Assembly (NCBI GenBank): GCA_964515895.1
Contig: CAZEYH010000001.1
Location: 1 to 27,298 of the forward strand
Direction: 5' to 3'
Length of the DNA: 27,298 bases
Source: an uncultured Clostridiaceae bacterium
GTDB taxonomy: Bacteria > Bacillota > Clostridia > Acetivibrionales > DUMC01
The position numbers and the translations under genes are program-made. The notes under the pieces are model-generated. The model was not told the DNA's origin. It saw only the letters and a program-made list of their open reading frames with translations, and did no database searches. Of this stretch, positions 18,762-26,995 are shown piece after piece (position 1 is the first letter of the stretch; every line of letters starts with the position of its first letter).

Positions 18762-19943
18762 ATGAATTTATATATAGAAAAACATACTGAAGCTATTGAC
18801 AACTGTAGATTTTGTTGGATGTGCAGACATGTTTGCACGCAAGGAAAAGTTACTTCAAATGAAGTACATACTGCTAGGGCCCTTGGTTTATTGCTTGCTT
18901 CAATAAATCGGGGAATTAATGATTATAACCTAGAAACAGCAGAAATATTGTTTCAATGCTGCCAATGCGGATACTGCAAAGAGTGGTGTGTGAGCAGTTA
19001 TGATGCTCCTGCTTTTGTTCGTGCAGGACGTGTAGATGCTATTAAGTTAGGCTTCATACCTCAACCTGTACAAGCGGTTATAGAATCATTAGATACTTAT
19101 GGACACCCCTTTGGCAGTAAAATTAATAGCCACGGCTCTCAAACTAAAACTGGTTCAGAAATTATAACTGATGGGAAGCCAAATTGTAGGACTCTTCTTT
19201 ATCTTGGAGCATTTGCAAGATATTTACGACCTGAGGTTGGTAAAGCAGCAATTAGCTTACTAAAAAAACTTGGTGTAGATTTTACATTGTTGGAAAATGA
19301 ACCAAATAGCGGTTACTACTATTATAACTTAGGGTTCATTGAAAAAGGAGAAAAGCAATCTAAAAAAGTAGTTGATGCCTTTAAAAATGGTGGATATAAA
19401 ACAGTCGTGGTAATAAGTCCTGCCGATTATTATATTATGACAAATGAATATGATAAGAAACTGCTTGAAGATGCAGGAATAAAAATCACTCCTTTGGTAT
19501 CTTTAATATCTTCACTTGATATTAAGCCCATGATTAAGCCTGTAAAACCTTCTGATTATTTAAAATTGGCATATAACGATTCATCTTATCTTGCAAGGTA
19601 TATGAATATTACTGATGAACCTCGCAATGTACTTAAAGCTGTGTTCGGTGATAAACTTCGTGAATTGCATTGGAATGGAAAGCTAGCGAAAAGTAGTGGC
19701 TCAGGACTACTTTTGACCTACCCGGAAATGGCACTTAATATTGCAAGAAAATTGTTAAGTGAGGTTAGGGAAGAAGGAGTATCTACCCTGGTTGTTTCAG
19801 GAGCTGAAGCAAAGGAAAGTTTACTGCGAGCTATAAAGTGTGAAAGTAGTTGCACAGAAGATGGTAAGGATGAAAATGAGAGAACAAATATATGTAGTAT
19901 TGAAGTTATGGAACTTGCTGAGCTTATGGATAGAGTAATTTAA
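18762..19943 (+). CDS. Fe-S protein (GlpC/GlcF/HdrD-like): N-terminal 2x[4Fe-4S] plus two degenerate CCG domains
   Basis: CRFCWMCRHVC and CCQCGYCKEWC ferredoxin motifs. The CCG-domain scaffold is recognisable (LGVDF, YNDSSYLAR, EPRNVL) but lacks the motif cysteines. Confidence 0.8.
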   Translation: MNLYIEKHTEAIDNCRFCWMCRHVCTQGKVTSNEVHTARALGLLLASINRGINDYNLETAEILFQCCQCGYCKEWCVSSYDAPAFVRAGRVDAIKLGFIPQPVQAVIESLDTYGHPFGSKINSHGSQTKTGSEIITDGKPNCRTLLYLGAFARYLRPEVGKAAISLLKKLGVDFTLLENEPNSGYYYYNLGFIEKGEKQSKKVVDAFKNGGYKTVVVISPADYYIMTNEYDKKLLEDAGIKITPLVSLISSLDIKPMIKPVKPSDYLKLAYNDSSYLARYMNITDEPRNVLKAVFGDKLRELHWNGKLAKSSGSGLLLTYPEMALNIARKLLSEVREEGVSTLVVSGAEAKESLLRAIKCESSCTEDGKDENERTNICSIEVMELAELMDRVI

Positions 19944-19998
19944 ACTAGATTCTTAAAAAACAAATAAAACTCAAAAAAATTAATGGTGGTGTATAGAG

Positions 19999-20814
19999 AT
20001 GCTAAAAAAGAATTATAAGTGTGAAAATGGGTATGTAAAACTTTGCGAAAGAGGAAAGTCAAGTTTATCGGTTTTAGAATTTGGCATGCTTAATTTAGAG
20101 TGTGGTCAGAGCTATACTTTAAACTCTAATGATAATGAAATGGCACTGGTTATATTAAGCGGAAGATGCAAAATTAAAGCAGGGTCAAAAGAATGGCAGA
20201 ATGTAGGTAAAAGGAGAAATGTATTTTCCGGACCTGCTGCAAGCGTATTTGTGTCACGTAAAACAGAAGTAATAATTACAGCACATGAAAAGCTTATGAT
20301 TTCTGTTTCACAAGCTCCTACAGATAGAGACTGTGAGCCAATATTAATAAAACCTGAGGATGTTATTATAAAAAATTTAGGCAAATACAACTGGGGACGT
20401 GAAGCTCATTTCATAATTGATGAAAGAGTTCCTGCAAAGAACCTATTTATAGGAGAAGCTTTTGTAAACCCCGGAAGTTGGGCAAGTTATCCTCCACACA
20501 AGCATGATGTTGATGATATGCCGGATGAAAACTTTTCCGAGGAAATTTACTATTATCAGTTTAATTTACCTCAAGGTTTTGGAATTCAAAGGGTATATAC
20601 CGATGACGAAGAGTTGGACGAAGTATATGTGGTTAAGAATCATGATGTTGTGGAAATACCGAAAGGATACCATCCATTTGCATTGGCTCCTGGGTATTGT
20701 GGTTACTATTTATGGATAATGGGCGGAGAAAACAGAGGATTCTATATGAACTTCCAAAAAGAGCATGCATGGATAAATGCTCTGGATACTTTTCTTACTA
20801 CAAATGGACTGTAG
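19999..20814 (+). CDS. iolB: 5-deoxy-glucuronate isomerase-like (IolB/KduI cupin family)
   Basis: WASYPPHKHD, EEIYYY and PKGYHP are hallmark motifs. The symbol is a family-level call only. Confidence 0.85.
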   Translation: MLKKNYKCENGYVKLCERGKSSLSVLEFGMLNLECGQSYTLNSNDNEMALVILSGRCKIKAGSKEWQNVGKRRNVFSGPAASVFVSRKTEVIITAHEKLMISVSQAPTDRDCEPILIKPEDVIIKNLGKYNWGREAHFIIDERVPAKNLFIGEAFVNPGSWASYPPHKHDVDDMPDENFSEEIYYYQFNLPQGFGIQRVYTDDEELDEVYVVKNHDVVEIPKGYHPFALAPGYCGYYLWIMGGENRGFYMNFQKEHAWINALDTFLTTNGL

Positions 20815-20828
20815 TAAGAAAAGTTGAT

Positions 20829-20910
20829 TCACTAAGGGATTCAGTGGGGCATTGTAATCCCCGCTGAACAAGGATACAGCGCTAGCGTATTATAGTTACA
20901 GCGCTAGTGA
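20829..20910. repeat. REP-like palindromic unit: GC-rich hairpin plus 11-bp direct repeat
   Basis: TTCAGTGGGG (20840-20849) pairs with CCCCGCTGAA (20859-20868), with one G-U pair and a 9-nt loop. TACAGCGCTAG occurs at 20875-20885 and 20897-20907. Outer TCACTA/TAGTGA form a 6-bp inverted repeat. Confidence 0.55.
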
Positions 20911-20989
20911 TAATAATTAAAGTCAATTAAGCTCCTACTTATATAGAGAAGAGACATCTTGACGCTTTGATTAATGGAGGTGTACATGG

Positions 20990-22141
20990 ATGAAAATTGG
21001 AATAATCGGTTTTGGTAATCGCATAAAGGGCATGTTTAATGCTCTTGAAAGGCAAGAAATGGGCGGCATCACTCTTGCTGCTATTACTGATATCAGAAAT
21101 GCCGAAATCAAGAAATCACTAGAAGAAGAAGGTAGAAATCCATTAGAAATAAGCTATTATGATGATCCTGATAAGATGATGGATAACGAAGAACTAGATG
21201 GAATAATGATAGGTACCAGATGCTCGTTACATACCAAAATGGCTATTAAGGTTCTTGAAAGAAACATACCTTTATTCCTTGAAAAACCTGTATCAACAAA
21301 TATTGAAGACTTTTTTAAGTTAAAAGAAGCTGGGGAAAAGACAAAAGCACAAGTAGTTGTATCTTTTCCTCTGCGTACATCAACCATTGTTAAAACTGTA
21401 AAAGAAATAATTAATTCGGGCAAGATTGGTACAGTTGAGCATGTTCAAGCTATAAACAATGTCCCATATGGAAGAGGATATTATCACAACTGGTATAGGG
21501 ATGAAAATGAAACTCAGGGTTTGTTTCTTCAAAAAGCTACTCATGATTTCGATTATATAAATTACCTGCTTGGTACAAAACCTGTAGAAATATGTGCAAT
21601 GACTTCAAAACAGATATTTAAAGGCAATAAGCCTGCAGACCTATTTTGTAAGGATTGTGATGAATATTATACTTGTGACGAGAGTCCATATGTTATTAAG
21701 AAGTATTACAAAGATAAAGTTAAAGGAGAAATGTGCTGTTATGCAGTTGACACTGGAAATGAAGATTCAGGAAGCGCTATTATAAGATATAATACCGGTA
21801 TGCATGTAAGCTATTCACAAAATTTTTTCGCACGTCACAAGGCGGGCGCAAGGGGAGCAAGATTGTTAGGATTTAAAGGTACTCTTGAATTTGACTGGTA
21901 TAAAGGAGAAATAAAAATATTTATGCATCAAACTCCGAGAACTGATACATATAAATTTGATATACCAGGTGGTTCACATTTTGGTGGAGACGATGTATTA
22001 GCAGAAAATTTTATAAATGTTATGCAGGGAAAGGAAGATTCTGTTGCACCCTTGGAAGCAGGGCTTCTAAGTACTCTTATGTGTATAAAAGCTAAAGAGT
22101 CTGCTTTAACTGGTGAATTTAGGAAAATTGAACAGATTTGA
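20990..22141 (+). CDS. Gfo/Idh/MocA family NAD(P)-dependent oxidoreductase
   Basis: Motifs: KIGIIGFG Rossmann loop, LFLEKP, KATHDFD and HFGGD. GGAGG RBS. Confidence 0.9.
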   Translation: MKIGIIGFGNRIKGMFNALERQEMGGITLAAITDIRNAEIKKSLEEEGRNPLEISYYDDPDKMMDNEELDGIMIGTRCSLHTKMAIKVLERNIPLFLEKPVSTNIEDFFKLKEAGEKTKAQVVVSFPLRTSTIVKTVKEIINSGKIGTVEHVQAINNVPYGRGYYHNWYRDENETQGLFLQKATHDFDYINYLLGTKPVEICAMTSKQIFKGNKPADLFCKDCDEYYTCDESPYVIKKYYKDKVKGEMCCYAVDTGNEDSGSAIIRYNTGMHVSYSQNFFARHKAGARGARLLGFKGTLEFDWYKGEIKIFMHQTPRTDTYKFDIPGGSHFGGDDVLAENFINVMQGKEDSVAPLEAGLLSTLMCIKAKESALTGEFRKIEQI

Positions 22142-22270
22142 AAAATGTACTAATATTATTAAGCGTGAATATCATCATAAATACATTACAAAACTAAGCA
22201 TAGACACAAATAACATAAGTATAAATAGCGTAAGAATAAGAGAAAAAATACTGATAAAGGGGTATAGCAG

Positions 22271-23938
22271 ATGCCTGAAGAAATTAAACTAATTGCATTA
22301 AGTTCACTTGAAAAAGTATTTTTGGATCGGGAACCTAAAAAAGGGTACTATAATGGTTCTATGTTAAAAAATGAAAAGTATTCCTTTCAGGTTGCTTTTT
22401 CATTATCGAATGTTCGATTTCCGGCACTTTTTACAAAACTTAAAATTGATTCGCCACTAAAAGAACATATAACAGTAAGGATAGTAGGAAATCTGCCTTC
22501 GGTATGTCCTATTTACCCTGATAAGTATGATGATTACTACCTAAGAATTAGTCCCGGACTTTTTCCTGATCCTCTATATAATATAAAAAATGATACAATT
22601 AGGATTTTTACAAACAAATGGCAGTCTATCTGGATTACTATCCAAGGTGATGAGAATTTAAAATCGGGTAAATACCCAATTAATGTTACGTTTTCAATAC
22701 CTGAAAGAAATTTAGAAAACACAATTACTTTTGAAATCGAAGTGCTCGATGCTTGCCTTTCAGAACAAAAGCTTATTTATACTAATTGGTTTCACTGTGA
22801 TTGTATTGCATCAATGTATAATTGTGAAATTTTCTCAGAAACACATTGGAAGTTGATAGAAAAATTTATTGCAGTAGCTTCTAATAACGGGATGAATATG
22901 ATATTAACACCTGCATTTACTCCTCCACTTGATACGCCAATTGGGGCTGAACGTGCTACAGTTCAACTTGTGGATGTATATAAAACCGGGGACAACTATA
23001 AATTTAGCTTTGATAGGTTCAACCAGTGGATAGATATTTGTCTTAAAAATGGTATTCAATATTTTGAGCACTCTCATCTTTTTACACAGTGGGGTGCAGA
23101 GTTTGCGCCAAAGGTCATGGGGTATGAAAATGGTGAATATAAGCATCTCTTCGGGTGGGATACACTTGCTACCGGTCGCGAATACACAAATTTTTTGGGA
23201 CAATATCTGCCTGTACTTATTTCTTTTCTTAAGAAAAAAGGAGTTGACAAGAGAACATATTTTCATATTTCTGATGAACCTTCTGCTAAACATCTAGAAA
23301 GCTATGCAAAAGCAAGGAATGCAGTAGAAGATAAGCTAAAAGGATATAAGATTTTTGATGCACTTTCTGATTATGACTTTTATAAGAGAGGACTTGTAAC
23401 TACTCCTATATCGTCAACATCGCATATTAATGATTTTATTGGGAAGGTTGATGATCTTTGGGCATATTATACAGGGCATGAAAATGTACAGTTGTCTAAC
23501 CGTTTTTTCTCTATGCCTTCAGCACGTAACCGTATTTTAGGAACACAAATGTATAAATATGATATTAAAGGTTTTTTACAGTGGGGATATAATTTTTATT
23601 ATACTAAGCTATGCAGAGAAGAATGTAATCCGTTTATTTCAACTGATGCATTTGGAGAATATCCTTCCGGAACATCTTTTATGGTATATCCGGGAAGTGA
23701 AGGGCCCATTGAGTCACTTCGATTAATTGTTTTTAATGAAGGCTTACAGGATATGCGTGCAATGCAACAATTGGAATCTTATATCGGTAAAGAGGGTGTT
23801 ATGAAAATTGTCGAAGAGGGCATTCCTGGAATTACCTTTTCCCAGTATCCATATAATGACGATTATTTATTGGATATGAGGGATAGGATTAACCGTGAAA
23901 TCGTGAAATTAGAACATCTAGAATTTGGAGCTGAGTAA
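22271..23938 (+). CDS. DUF4091-domain protein, GH123-like putative beta-N-acetylhexosaminidase (cytoplasmic)
   Basis: Motifs: TNWFH, HISDEP with an adjacent Asp-Glu pair, WAYY, GFLQWGYN and SLRL...EGLQD. No signal peptide. Confidence 0.7.
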   Translation: MPEEIKLIALSSLEKVFLDREPKKGYYNGSMLKNEKYSFQVAFSLSNVRFPALFTKLKIDSPLKEHITVRIVGNLPSVCPIYPDKYDDYYLRISPGLFPDPLYNIKNDTIRIFTNKWQSIWITIQGDENLKSGKYPINVTFSIPERNLENTITFEIEVLDACLSEQKLIYTNWFHCDCIASMYNCEIFSETHWKLIEKFIAVASNNGMNMILTPAFTPPLDTPIGAERATVQLVDVYKTGDNYKFSFDRFNQWIDICLKNGIQYFEHSHLFTQWGAEFAPKVMGYENGEYKHLFGWDTLATGREYTNFLGQYLPVLISFLKKKGVDKRTYFHISDEPSAKHLESYAKARNAVEDKLKGYKIFDALSDYDFYKRGLVTTPISSTSHINDFIGKVDDLWAYYTGHENVQLSNRFFSMPSARNRILGTQMYKYDIKGFLQWGYNFYYTKLCREECNPFISTDAFGEYPSGTSFMVYPGSEGPIESLRLIVFNEGLQDMRAMQQLESYIGKEGVMKIVEEGIPGITFSQYPYNDDYLLDMRDRINREIVKLEHLEFGAE

Positions 23939-23940
23939 TA

Positions 23941-25158
23941 ATGAGAAGGACACTTATAAAAAATGGTAAACTTGTTCTGCCGGATAAAATTATAAATGAA
24001 AGTAATCTCCTATTTGAGGATGATAAAATTCTGGAAATAGGATATAAAGGGCAATTGCCGGAAAATACAGAACTTATAGACGCAAAAGGTGGTTTTATTT
24101 CTCCCGGACTGGTTGATATGCACCTTCATGGTGGTGGCGGTTATGATTTTATGGATGGGACAAAAGAGGCTCTTATAAATATTAGCCGTAACCACTGTAT
24201 GCACGGCACGACTTCTTTGGCACCTACTACAGTTGCATGTAGCAATGAAGAACTATTCTCGTTTTTTGATATATATCGCAAAGTAACAGAACAATGCGAT
24301 ATAGGTACTAAGCTGCTTGGAATACATATGGAGGGTCCATATATTTCACAAGAAATGAAAGGTGCTCAACCTGCACAATATGTTAGAAATGTAGAAGAAC
24401 ATGATTTAAATGATATATTAGATAGAGGGGCAGACATAATTATACGATGGAGTGTTGCTCCTGAGCTACCGGGAATGCAGAAATTTGCTGAGAAAATATC
24501 AAAATATTCAATACTGCCTGCAATTGCTCACAGCAATGCAACTTGTGATGATATTCTTAGAAGTTTTAAATGGGGGTATAGACATATTACTCACCTGTAT
24601 AGTAATACTCCATCTGTAAGAAAAATTTCACAAAATGTTCATGCTGGTGTTGTTGAGGCAGCATATTTGATTGATGAAATGACAGTAGAACTTATTGGTG
24701 ATGGCAAACATGTACCTCCTGAGCTTATGCAAATGGTGTACAAGATTAAGGGAGTGGAACAGCTTGTATTGATCACTGACTCAATGCGTGCTGCAGGTAC
24801 TGATGTTTCGGAAAGCTTTCTTGGAAGCCACGGAAGCGGTAATCCTGTAATTATTGAAGATGGAGTTGCAAAACTTCCTGACAGAACATATTTCGCCGGT
24901 AGTATTGCTACTGCTGACAAGGTTATTCAGAATGCACATTTTAATGTGGGTTTGCCGCTTTATGATGCTATTAGAATGATGTCACTTACACCTTGTAAAA
25001 TACTTGGGCTAGAAAAAACTAAAGGCAGTTTAGAAAAAGGCAAAGATGCAGATATAGTTATTTTTGATGAGAAACTGAATGTAGGTAGTGTCTTTGTAGA
25101 AGGGAAATTAAAATATTCAAGACAAAGACACTTAAAATTAGCAACAGCTAATTTATAA
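23941..25158 (+). CDS. nagA: N-acetylhexosamine-6-phosphate deacetylase (NagA/AgaA family)
   Basis: Motifs: PGLVDMHLHGGGG, PTT, GIHMEGPY, APE, AHSNA, THLY, DGKH, LITD, AGS and GKDADIV. Confidence 0.9.
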   Translation: MRRTLIKNGKLVLPDKIINESNLLFEDDKILEIGYKGQLPENTELIDAKGGFISPGLVDMHLHGGGGYDFMDGTKEALINISRNHCMHGTTSLAPTTVACSNEELFSFFDIYRKVTEQCDIGTKLLGIHMEGPYISQEMKGAQPAQYVRNVEEHDLNDILDRGADIIIRWSVAPELPGMQKFAEKISKYSILPAIAHSNATCDDILRSFKWGYRHITHLYSNTPSVRKISQNVHAGVVEAAYLIDEMTVELIGDGKHVPPELMQMVYKIKGVEQLVLITDSMRAAGTDVSESFLGSHGSGNPVIIEDGVAKLPDRTYFAGSIATADKVIQNAHFNVGLPLYDAIRMMSLTPCKILGLEKTKGSLEKGKDADIVIFDEKLNVGSVFVEGKLKYSRQRHLKLATANL

Positions 25159-25208
25159 ATAAAATTTATAGATTAATAATAAAAAATAAAAGGAAGGGGT
25201 TAAAAAAT

Positions 25209-26060
25209 ATGAAAGAATATAATAAGATTCCTATTTCCGAGCTTGGAAAAAATAGTGGAATAAAATTGGAAGTGTGTGAAACTGAGCATGATCTTTACTG
25301 GAAAATGGCAATTGAGGTTTTTGAACTAATTAAAGAAAACAACCAAAATGGCAAGGATACTGTTATGATAGTACCTTATGGTCCTGTAGGTCCATTTAGC
25401 AGATTTGTATATTTAGTGAACAAGTACAGGTTAAGTTTGAAAAACTGCTACTTCATTAATATGGACGAATACTTGGATGATAATAATCAATATCTGGATA
25501 TTAATCACCCATTGTCATTTAGAGGCGGCATGGAGCGCGTATTTTACAGCAAGATAGATGATGAACTTAACTTACCTAAAGAGCACAGGTTTTTCCCGGA
25601 ACCGGGAAGAGAAGGTTGTGTATGGGAGCTAATACAAAAACTGGGCGGATTAGATATGTGTTACGGAGGAGTTGGAATAAATGGGCATTTTGCTTTTAAT
25701 GAGCCTCCGGAACCTGGTGTAATTATGAGTAATAGTGAATTTAAGAGTCTTCCTACAAGAATCTTAAAACTAAGCAGAGAAACCAAGACAATAAATGCAT
25801 TTATGAATTGTAAGGGAGACTTGGATGCAATTCCTGAAAATTGTATTACAGTTGGTATGAAAGAAATATGGAGTGCTAAAAAAATAAGAATGTGCATGCC
25901 ACGTGATTGGAATGCAGGCGCATTAAGAAAGGTACTGCATGGTCCCATTACTTGTGCTGTGCCTTGTTCACTTTTCCAGGAACATGATGATGCGAAAATA
26001 TATGCTTCTGCAGTGGCACTAGAATCTCCTATACCGGAGATTAGAATATATAATAAATAG
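25209..26060 (+). CDS. Glucosamine/galactosamine-6-phosphate deaminase/isomerase-like protein (divergent NagB family)
   Basis: Motifs: FINMDEY, GVGINGHFAFNEP and ITVGMKEI. The N-terminal phosphate loop is atypical (PYGPVGP). Confidence 0.78.
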   Translation: MKEYNKIPISELGKNSGIKLEVCETEHDLYWKMAIEVFELIKENNQNGKDTVMIVPYGPVGPFSRFVYLVNKYRLSLKNCYFINMDEYLDDNNQYLDINHPLSFRGGMERVFYSKIDDELNLPKEHRFFPEPGREGCVWELIQKLGGLDMCYGGVGINGHFAFNEPPEPGVIMSNSEFKSLPTRILKLSRETKTINAFMNCKGDLDAIPENCITVGMKEIWSAKKIRMCMPRDWNAGALRKVLHGPITCAVPCSLFQEHDDAKIYASAVALESPIPEIRIYNK

Positions 26061-26070
26061 AGAGGTTTAT

Positions 26071-26943
26071 ATGGGAAATAAAAGCAATGATGTTAAATGT
26101 ATTCCTGGTACAATATTGAGAATGCGGTCTATATACGAGACATTGGGAACTGCAGGTAAGAAAATTGCCGATTGGATAATGGAGAACCCAAGGGATATTA
26201 TTAAGTTGTCAATCAGTGAGCTTGCAGAAGAGTGTCAAGTAAGTGAAGCAACTGTAGTGCGTTTTTCACGTAAATTAGGCTACACCGGATATCAGGAATT
26301 AAAAATTGCTATAGCGCAGGAAACAGTTAATGACTATACTCTTGTAAATGAGAAGCTGAGTGAAAATGATAGCTTTGAGGATATTATAAATAAAGTATTC
26401 TTTGATATTGAAAATACTTTGGATAATACAAAAAAAATTTTAGATTATGAGAAAATGACAAAGGCTGCTGACGCAATTTTAAATGCCAGAAATGTTGCTA
26501 TCTTTGGCCTAGGTAACTCTGCATCTATAGCATATGATTATCAGCATAAATTCATGAGGCTAGGTATCAAAGCAGTAGCATACAATGATAATCACATGCA
26601 AGCAATTGTTGCTTCTCATCTAACGGATAAAGATGTTGCTATAGGAATATCGCATTCAGGTTCTTCAATTGACGTAGTTGATGCCCTGAAAATTTCTAAA
26701 GAGAGGGGAGCAAAAACTATTTGCATAACAAATTATGGAAAATCCCCTATCTTAAAGCACAGCGGTATAGCCTTATTTACCGTGTCAAATGAGACAAAGT
26801 ATCGGATTTTCGGAATGGCTTCCCGTATTGCACAGCTGGCTATATTGGACTCAATATATACTTATATAGCTTTAAATAATCGGAAGGTAGGTATAGAAGA
26901 AATAAAGCGAACAGAGAAAGCATTGCAAAGTAAGAAGTATTAA
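26071..26943 (+). CDS. RpiR/MurR family transcriptional regulator (HTH + SIS)
   Basis: HTH motif SISELAEECQVSEATVVRFSRKLGYTGYQELK, and SIS motifs FGLGNS, ISHSGSS and ITNY. Confidence 0.93.
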   Translation: MGNKSNDVKCIPGTILRMRSIYETLGTAGKKIADWIMENPRDIIKLSISELAEECQVSEATVVRFSRKLGYTGYQELKIAIAQETVNDYTLVNEKLSENDSFEDIINKVFFDIENTLDNTKKILDYEKMTKAADAILNARNVAIFGLGNSASIAYDYQHKFMRLGIKAVAYNDNHMQAIVASHLTDKDVAIGISHSGSSIDVVDALKISKERGAKTICITNYGKSPILKHSGIALFTVSNETKYRIFGMASRIAQLAILDSIYTYIALNNRKVGIEEIKRTEKALQSKKY

Positions 26944-26953
26944 TTAATGGATT

Positions 26954-26995
26954 TGGGTGCATTTTTCAACCAAACTAAATGCACCCATTATACTA
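26954..26995 (+). terminator. Probable intrinsic terminator closing the cluster
   Basis: An 11-bp stem, TGGGTGCATTT (26954-26964) / AAATGCACCCA (26977-26987), lies 10 bp after the RpiR stop. The T-rich tail is weak. Confidence 0.6.

Noticed and set aside
12061-22141. Calling the cluster a myo-inositol, xylose/arabinose or sulfoglycolysis operon
   Set aside because: Each lacks defining genes in the window (IolD/IolE; xylose isomerase or AraD; sulfoquinovosidase and SQ isomerase). None explains the GH123-like/NagA/NagB-like block.
75-25948. About 35 short alternative-frame or antisense ORFs in the supplied track (e.g. 1804-2097, 1984-2340, 6426-6836, 13984-14340, 22904-23293)
   Set aside because: They overlap well-supported genes or promoters, and lack RBSs and recognisable motifs. 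They are expected shadow ORFs.
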